Source: Macrostomum hystrix
Lineage: Eukaryota; Animalia; Platyhelminthes
Direction: 5' to 3'
Length of the DNA stretch: 64,000 nucleotides
Assembly (NCBI GenBank): GCA_950097015.1
Contig: CATNEN010000039.1
Coordinates: 8,928,001-8,992,000 of the forward strand
Notes under the pieces: model-generated
The model's database searches: none
Seen by the model: the letters and a program-made list of their open reading frames with translations, nothing else
What the model was told of the DNA's origin: nothing
Shown: positions 57,316 to 64,000 of the stretch, in pieces
How the letters are laid out: each line of letters begins with the position of its first letter
Numbering within the stretch: the stretch's first letter is position 1
Translations under genes and position numbers: made by a program

Positions 57316-58954
57316 TCCATGTGACTCTCACGAAAATTAAAAATAAGCGATCTCGCAAAAAATTGCATGGTCTTTTAACGTGTGCAACAGCCTGGTGGAC
57401 AAAGACTGCGCCAGCAGCTCCACACCCAAAGTCTTAATTTCTTTACGGGATTCTAGAGCCAAAATTTGGGCATCGCCGCGATTTTTTTGTGACAGCGTTT
57501 TGTTCACATAATTAGCGAGACATGCAAAGAACATGAATATAACTGCCATACTACTGGTTACCATTCAGTGAGTAGCATATAGACAAAATTTATAACTTAA
57601 ACAAGTACAAGTATAACTCAGTACGGTTTACTAGACAATCTTACATTTTCTGCTGCCCTAATTAGGATTCTGCTTCTGGAGTTGTTAAAGCAGCCACAGG
57701 ACGGACATTTCGGCGTCACACATGCATACGAACATATCTACTAAAGTACTTGCAGTTTTGCAAAACGGTGCGACTGCACACACAAGGACAACTTGTGAAC
57801 ACATTGTGCTGAAGTGTTTTTAAGTTGTCCTGTTGCAACCAGAAGGCAAGAATGCAAATGCGAAGTGGGAAAAGTTTTGATGAAGAAGTCGCCATGTCGA
57901 TTAGAGTATGCATAAACAAAAGTTCTTTCTACTGCTTGGCTAGGCAGTAGCAAATATACTGATATGTCAATTCAAACAGATGTGTTAATATTTTCCTGTC
58001 ATATTTTCGACTGATCTTAGCTTGTGTCTGATGTAACTGTGTATAATTATTATTTAATAATATTTATAGCTTCATCGCTGACAATTACTCGTCGTAGTAA
58101 TATATCACTCAAAACAACTGCTTAATAAGCAACAGAGACAGTCATACTTGTCGATTGTCCGCAAAAACTAGAACTAGACAATGGCCCACTCTACTAGAAT
58201 TCTGCAATCTTAAAATTAGTCTATGTTCCAAGCACTGAGACCAAAATCTTAGCCGGCACTGATCGCATTCAACGGCTTAGAAAATACTAAGCAACAGGAG
58301 ACACTTTTAACGTCGTATCGACTTCTTACAATCCGACAGGTGAGGAGTTGGTAACGCACGCTCGCAGGAACAGAAAGAGTTGTACTACATATTACAAATG
58401 ATGTATTTATTGATTTCACCCAGGTTTGGGTTAAAAAGGATAAACCAAATATTTGCATGCATTTTGTTTAAGATAGTGAAGCATCGCTTCTTACAATACA
58501 TAGAAACTAGCTGGACAAGCAATGATCGAGTTAAAATAAATGTAAACCAACTTTTCTAGGAAACACAGGTCAACAACAAAGTACCAGAAAAATTGTTTAA
58601 TAGCCGTTAAGAGTTGATTGCAGATAGTTAAAAAACAGAATTAAAGCTTAGAAAGCATGGAGAAATAATCATAAAAAGAACTGACGAACTGACGACTTAC
58701 GACTGTATTCGAGAGCAATGAAGCAACGTTTTTATTGAATTTTATTTCCCATCATAAATGTGACAGAAGTTGAAGCTTTTTAGGTCTTAAAAATCTGGGA
58801 ACTTTCTTTTATCAGTATTAGATTAAACACAAAAATTGCAGTGAATTGCAATGTGAAGTTACTTGTCAATTCTAAGGCAATGCTGCCTTAGTGTCACACA
58901 TTTGAATTCACAAATTCGATTCCATTGTGCAAATTTTCAAGTCAGCAAAAATTA

Positions 58955-61900
58955 TCAATCAGAGGGCCTACCACGTTTCTTGTTCAATGAGGCCAATGCG
59001 CGCTGCCGCAGCCGTCGCTCCTCTTCTTCATCGCCACCACCATCTCGACGCTCGCTTCTTCGCGTAGACGATTCTGCTGAAGAGGATGAGGAGCTCGACG
59101 ATGAACCAGAAGATGAAGATGAACTGGATGAAGAAGACGCTGAAGACGAGACTGAGCGCTTTCGACGAGAGCCGGTCTCTCGCGGCTGCTGTTTCGCAGC
59201 GGGAGCTCGCGAACGGGTCGGCGTTGGCGATTGGCGCCTAGCCGACTTTCGACGTGGAGGCAACGGCGAACGCGAAGCCGACGATGAAGGCTGCCGACGA
59301 CGCCGTTGTGCGCGCGAGGGCGGCGGCGGCGAATCGCGAGGCCGACGTGCAGTTGGTCGAGGAGACGGAGAGGAAGCACGATGTGGCTGGCGCCGAGACC
59401 TCGGCGGAGTCGGCGACCGCGTCGCAGATCTGGAACGACGACGCTTTTGTTGCTGCGGTCTCTTCGAAGACGAAGGTGGTGGGGGCGAAGGTGAAGGCGA
59501 GGGTCGTCGGCGAGAACGCTGCTGCTGCCGATCGGGACTTGGTTGACGACGCCGTGACGATGACGTAGGCGCCAGTCGACGTTGCTGGCTCCTTGAAGAC
59601 TTAGGCTTCGGGGAAGGCGACTTCGACGAAGATGAAGAAGACGATGATGACGAGTCGTCTTCAGACGAGGAAGATGCCTCCGAAGACGCTGAGGATGAAG
59701 ATGAAGAAGCCGACTTCTTGGATCGGATTTGCGGACGCTTGTCTGCAGGCTTTTCCTTTGTCAACTCTTTAGTAGTTGGTGCAGCTGTAGGTTTCGGAGA
59801 GGAAGGAGGCTGCGGCGAAGTTTGAGCCTGTTGAGGTGAATCGGCATCCCATCGACCTTTTGGCGGCGAAGTTAGATAGGCAGTCGCATCTGCAGCCGCG
59901 GCTGCTTCCTCTGTTGATTTTCGGACAACAACTTTGCGCACCTCTTCAATGGCAGGGGGTGAAGATTTACGCCGAGGCTTAGCATCGACGCTACTGCGGC
60001 TTGTACTGCGACTTGACGTACTTGACTCCCTGAGCCGCTCTTGCTCTCGCTGTTCAAAGTATCTTACAGGCCCACGACCGCGAACTTTCGGTGCGGCATC
60101 TGGCGAGGCCGCGTCTTGTCGATCGCGTTCACCTTCACGCACTTTTATGCGCTCATGGCTTTCGCCTTCATGGCGATCACGGTCACGAATATTACTTCGG
60201 TCGCGATCTGGGACGCGGCGACGATCGCGCTCACCATCGTTTTTGACATCGCGCTTGCGGTCTCTATCCCGAAGTCGATTGCGGTCTTCGTAGCGGTCAC
60301 GAGCTTCATCATCTTCTCTAAAACCAGGGCGATTGCTTTGACGAATATCTTCGTGCCTAGGACTACGGTAACGACTGCTCTGACCACGATTGCGGTCATG
60401 AACTCGGCTTAGCCGATCAACATCGCGATCACGGGCCTCTTCACGACCACGAGCTCGATCACGGGTTTCATCACGATCGCGATCCGGAGCTTCATCACGA
60501 CCACGAGCTCGATCACGGGTTTCATCACGATCACGATCTGCAGCTTCATCACGAACACGAGCTCGATCACGTGTATCATCACGATCGCGACCTTGAGCTT
60601 CATCACGACCACGAGCTCGATCACGGGTTTCATCACGGCCTCTAGTTTCATCACGATCACGAACTGGAGCTTCATCTCGACCGCGATCACGTGTTCCGTA
60701 ACGACCACCATCTCGATGACGAGCTTCATCACGACCGCGCTCATGTGTTTCATCAAGACCGCGCTCACGTGTTTCATCACGAACGCGCTCACGTGTTTCA
60801 TCACGACCGCGCTCACGTGTTTCATCACGACCGCGCTCACGTGTTTCATCACGAACGCGCTCACGTGTTTTATCACGACCGTGCTCACGTGTTTCATCAC
60901 GACCACGCTCACGTGTTTCATCACGACCGCGAGCTTCATCACGATCTTGATCACGGGTTTCATCACGTCCACGAGCGCGTACCCGATCACGGGAATTATT
61001 ACTATCGCGTTGATGTTTTTTATTATGATCCTCAACTTCTTCAAGGCTTCTTTCACGATCGCTGGTTTTGTTACGTTCATGCTCGTTAGATTCATCACGA
61101 CCTTGCGCAATTTCGTTTAGACCCCGCTCGCTTGAATCATCAAGATTATGCTCAATGTCACCACTTTGTTTAATATCGCGCGCTTTATCACGATCACTCG
61201 ATTCAACGCGGTTTTGCTCCTTAGCTTCATCGTGACTATGCTCACGAACCTTATGACGACTGCGCTGGCGTTCATCAGATTCATCTCGGCTTCCATTGCG
61301 ATAATGGGCTTTACGAGATTCTTTCTCTGCAGCTCTATCACGCTCGTTACGGTCACGGTTGCGCTCACGACTACGTTCACGGGTTCTATTGCGTCTGACG
61401 TCACGATCGCGGTCATGAAAATCCTCATCACGATTGCGACGGTTGGAACGCTTATCCTCGCGCTCACTTTCTCGATCGCTGTCACTTCTGTCATCGCCAC
61501 GCTTGCGATGATCCCTTTGCTTTCTGTCGGCATTTTTAGCGCGCTGGGGAGAGCGACTGTCCTTTTCACTATTCTCATCCGAGTAATCAGACTGCGACGC
61601 TGAGGTGCTGCGAACCCTTTTGTCCTTTGCGCCAGACGAAACAAGCTCCTTAACGCTGCTAATCGTCGGAGACGTGGCCTGCTGAGAATCACTGGCAGCC
61701 GGAGCCGTGGCGGTGATGGCTGTTTTAGCCTTAACAGCGGCAGCGGCAGCCTGAGCGGCCAGAATCGCACCGCTCGCCTGTTCGCGAATGGTGCGCGATA
61801 TCTCCTCCTCTGTGCGGCGAAGCTTCTGGCGCAGCTGCTCCGACTCGTTCTGGGGAAGGGATGTTTTGCAAGTAATCAAAAACTTTATAAACAGTGATTA

Positions 61901-64000
61901 CGTGTTGCGTACAGGTAGCAGCTATTCAACCCATGGACTGGGGAGTAGATGTCTGGCTGGATCAAAGTTTTCGGGATTGGAAGGAAACCCATCTAACTGG
62001 GATTGTCTGATTTAGCTGATTTTGACACGAAAACCTTCACAAGACGCATAGTCAAGAAATGCAAACCTCAGCCTTCTCAATCTGGGCCTCCTTCTCCTTA
62101 ACGAATTGCTCAGGAATGCCGCAGTCGCTCTTCTGGGCGGAGTCGAGCAGGCCGCACAGCTCCGAGACGAAGATTCGAGCGTTCTTGGCGTTCAGAAAGC
62201 CGGTCAGGTTGATCTGCATGTCCTTCAGGTCCGGGTTCTGCAAAGGATTAAATAATGGAGCAAAGCATTCAATGACGATATTATTTGAAAAAAACTTCTT
62301 TGTAGATTAAAGAAATAGCTGCTAAAAGTTGAAAAGTTGGTTGTTTCTGTCAAATGTTCTTTGTCTTTCTGCCTAGATATTTTTGTACTTTTACTCATAC
62401 TGACTGGCCAGCATCCGAGCTCGCCAGGGCTGGCTGATTTAGGAAATTAATCCTCTTTTTATTCGAACGGCGCTTCTCTTTGTGGCCTGAAATAAAAGAA
62501 AAATGAATAGGGAAAACAGAGGTTAGCACGCGCTCAGGTGGGTCGTCAGCTGAAGTTCTAATCCTAAATTAGCTGTCTGAACCCACAGCTTACAGGAGGC
62601 CTACATTTTCATCAATCCTGACTACTCAAAGCTATTCCCGTTAGCCCTGACTAATTACAAGCATTCCCATTAACACTGACTAATTGCAGGTATTCTCATG
62701 AGCCCAGACTAATTACAGGCACTCCCATGAACCCTAAGTACCCACTGGTATTCCCATTAACCATGACTAATTACAGGTATTCCCATTAACCCTGACTAAT
62801 TACAGGTATTTCCATTAACCCTGACTAATTACAGGTATTTCCATGAGCCCTGACTAATTACAGGTATTCTCATTAACCATGACTAATTACAGGTATTTCC
62901 ATGAGCCCTGACTAATTACAGGTATTCTCATTAACCATGACTAATTACAGGTATTTCAATGAGCCCTGACTAATTACAGGTATTCTCAGTAACCATGACT
63001 AATTACAGGTATTCCCCTGAATCCCAAGTACTACCAGGTATTCCCATGAACTCTGAGTACTCACAGGTATTCCCATGAACCCTGAGTACTCACAGGTATT
63101 CCCATGAACCCTGAGTACTCACAGGTATTCCCATGAACCCTGAGTACTCACAGGTATTCCCATGAATTCCCATAGGAATTCAACTCTAAATACAGCATAA
63201 ATAATATCCTTTAACTTATAAAAGTATTCCAAATGACGCAATTATTGCACAATGATACCTGCTATAACGTTTCGGGAACGTTTGTGTTTGAAACGCATGA
63301 AATTTCGCCGATTCTCAATACTATTTTTTGCTTAAACATAACAGGTTATAACTAATTTGTAACCGATTTTAACAGCACTGTTGCATTTTTTCTATTAAAT
63401 TATAGTTAAGCATAGAAGAGACCCGGACCCACCTGTTGGCATAGCAACCGCGGACAATTAACCGTGTGAAAATCAGTGCGCGAAGCCTCGCTGGGCTGGC
63501 AGTGAGTAGAGAGACTGCCTAACACGGTACTTGCCTTCTCACACCTGGCAGAGTCTCAGGCTACAGAGTGAATTGCGACCGTTTTAAGGTAGTTGTAAGT
63601 TAGCAAGCTTCAGTCGGTAGCATAATATTATCATGTATGTATAAAACATTTCAATTTGACGGGCGAATCAGTACAAAATAAAACGACTGAATCCTAAACA
63701 CTTAACAGGTGGTCAGTAACTGCGAATGCCACCTTTGGCTTTTTACGTCCTATAACCTATAAGTATCACTAACTGTGATTTCTAATTAAGCGATGACACC
63801 GACTGGACGATAAAACTGCTCTTTGGCGATTGGTAACAGTGGTCAGTTTATAAAGGCGGTACCTACCGTTTTAAGGTCTGCACGGCATTTATAAAAAAAA
63901 CAATTAAACCCCCATATAAAAATTGTACTCAATAAACAGTTATTGAAAGCTCTGAAGCTAGCAATTCAAGAGCACTAACCTGATTCTCCAGGTAGGTAAA
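58955..64000 (-). CDS. SRRM1: Serine/arginine repetitive matrix protein 1 (SRm160) ortholog with PWI domain; 5'-partial
   Basis: Exons (minus strand) >64000-63980 (FTYLENQ, tentative), 62237-62067 (NPDLKDMQINLTGFLNAKNARIFVSELCGLLDSAQKSDCGIP, PWI C-terminal half) and 61849-58955 (RD/RE- and RS/SP-rich, ending ERRLRQRALASLNKK like the SRRM1 terminal LREKAL motif). Confidence 0.9.
62630..63170. repeat. 29-bp minisatellite in an SRRM1 intron
   Basis: CCCTGACTAATTACAGGTATTCCCATTAA switching to CCCTGAGTACTCACAGGTATTCCCATGAA. Confidence 0.93.

Noticed and set aside
58863-61603. Plus-strand ORFs overlapping SRRM1
   Set aside because: Antisense shadows of a low-complexity, GC-rich coding exon.

Overview
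Eukaryotic (animal) genomic DNA with GT-AG spliced genes, many intronic minisatellites, tRNA-derived SINEs and MITEs. The gene style and minisatellite density suggest a flatworm such as Macrostomum, which is inference only. I assembled seven protein-coding genes by hand from splice sites and remembered family motifs. (1) A divergent PP2A scaffold A-subunit HEAT-repeat gene (+, 5' end off-window, stop 14584), with an 8.1-kb 35-bp satellite in one intron and a candidate 252-nt cassette exon. (2) FBXO9 (+). (3) A DEG/ENaC (FaNaC-like) channel gene (-) nested in the last FBXO9 intron. (4) PYM1/wibg (+). (5) A 22-exon adhesion GPCR (+; signal peptide-EGF-pentraxin/LamG-HRM-GAIN-7TM) with a non-canonical GPS. 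(6) A GPI-anchored Ly6/uPAR (quiver-like) gene (+). (7) SRRM1/SRm160 (-, runs off the right end). Most long ORFs in the supplied track are repeat artefacts. The most notable unexplained patterns are a 24-bp GGAATCG minisatellite family just downstream of three + strand genes in the same orientation, inverted related minisatellites flanking the GPCR TM1+TM2 exons, CORE-SINE ends adjoining minisatellites, a 56-bp hairpin MITE with an 8-bp TSD, and a 54-bp exact copy of Ly6 coding sequence.
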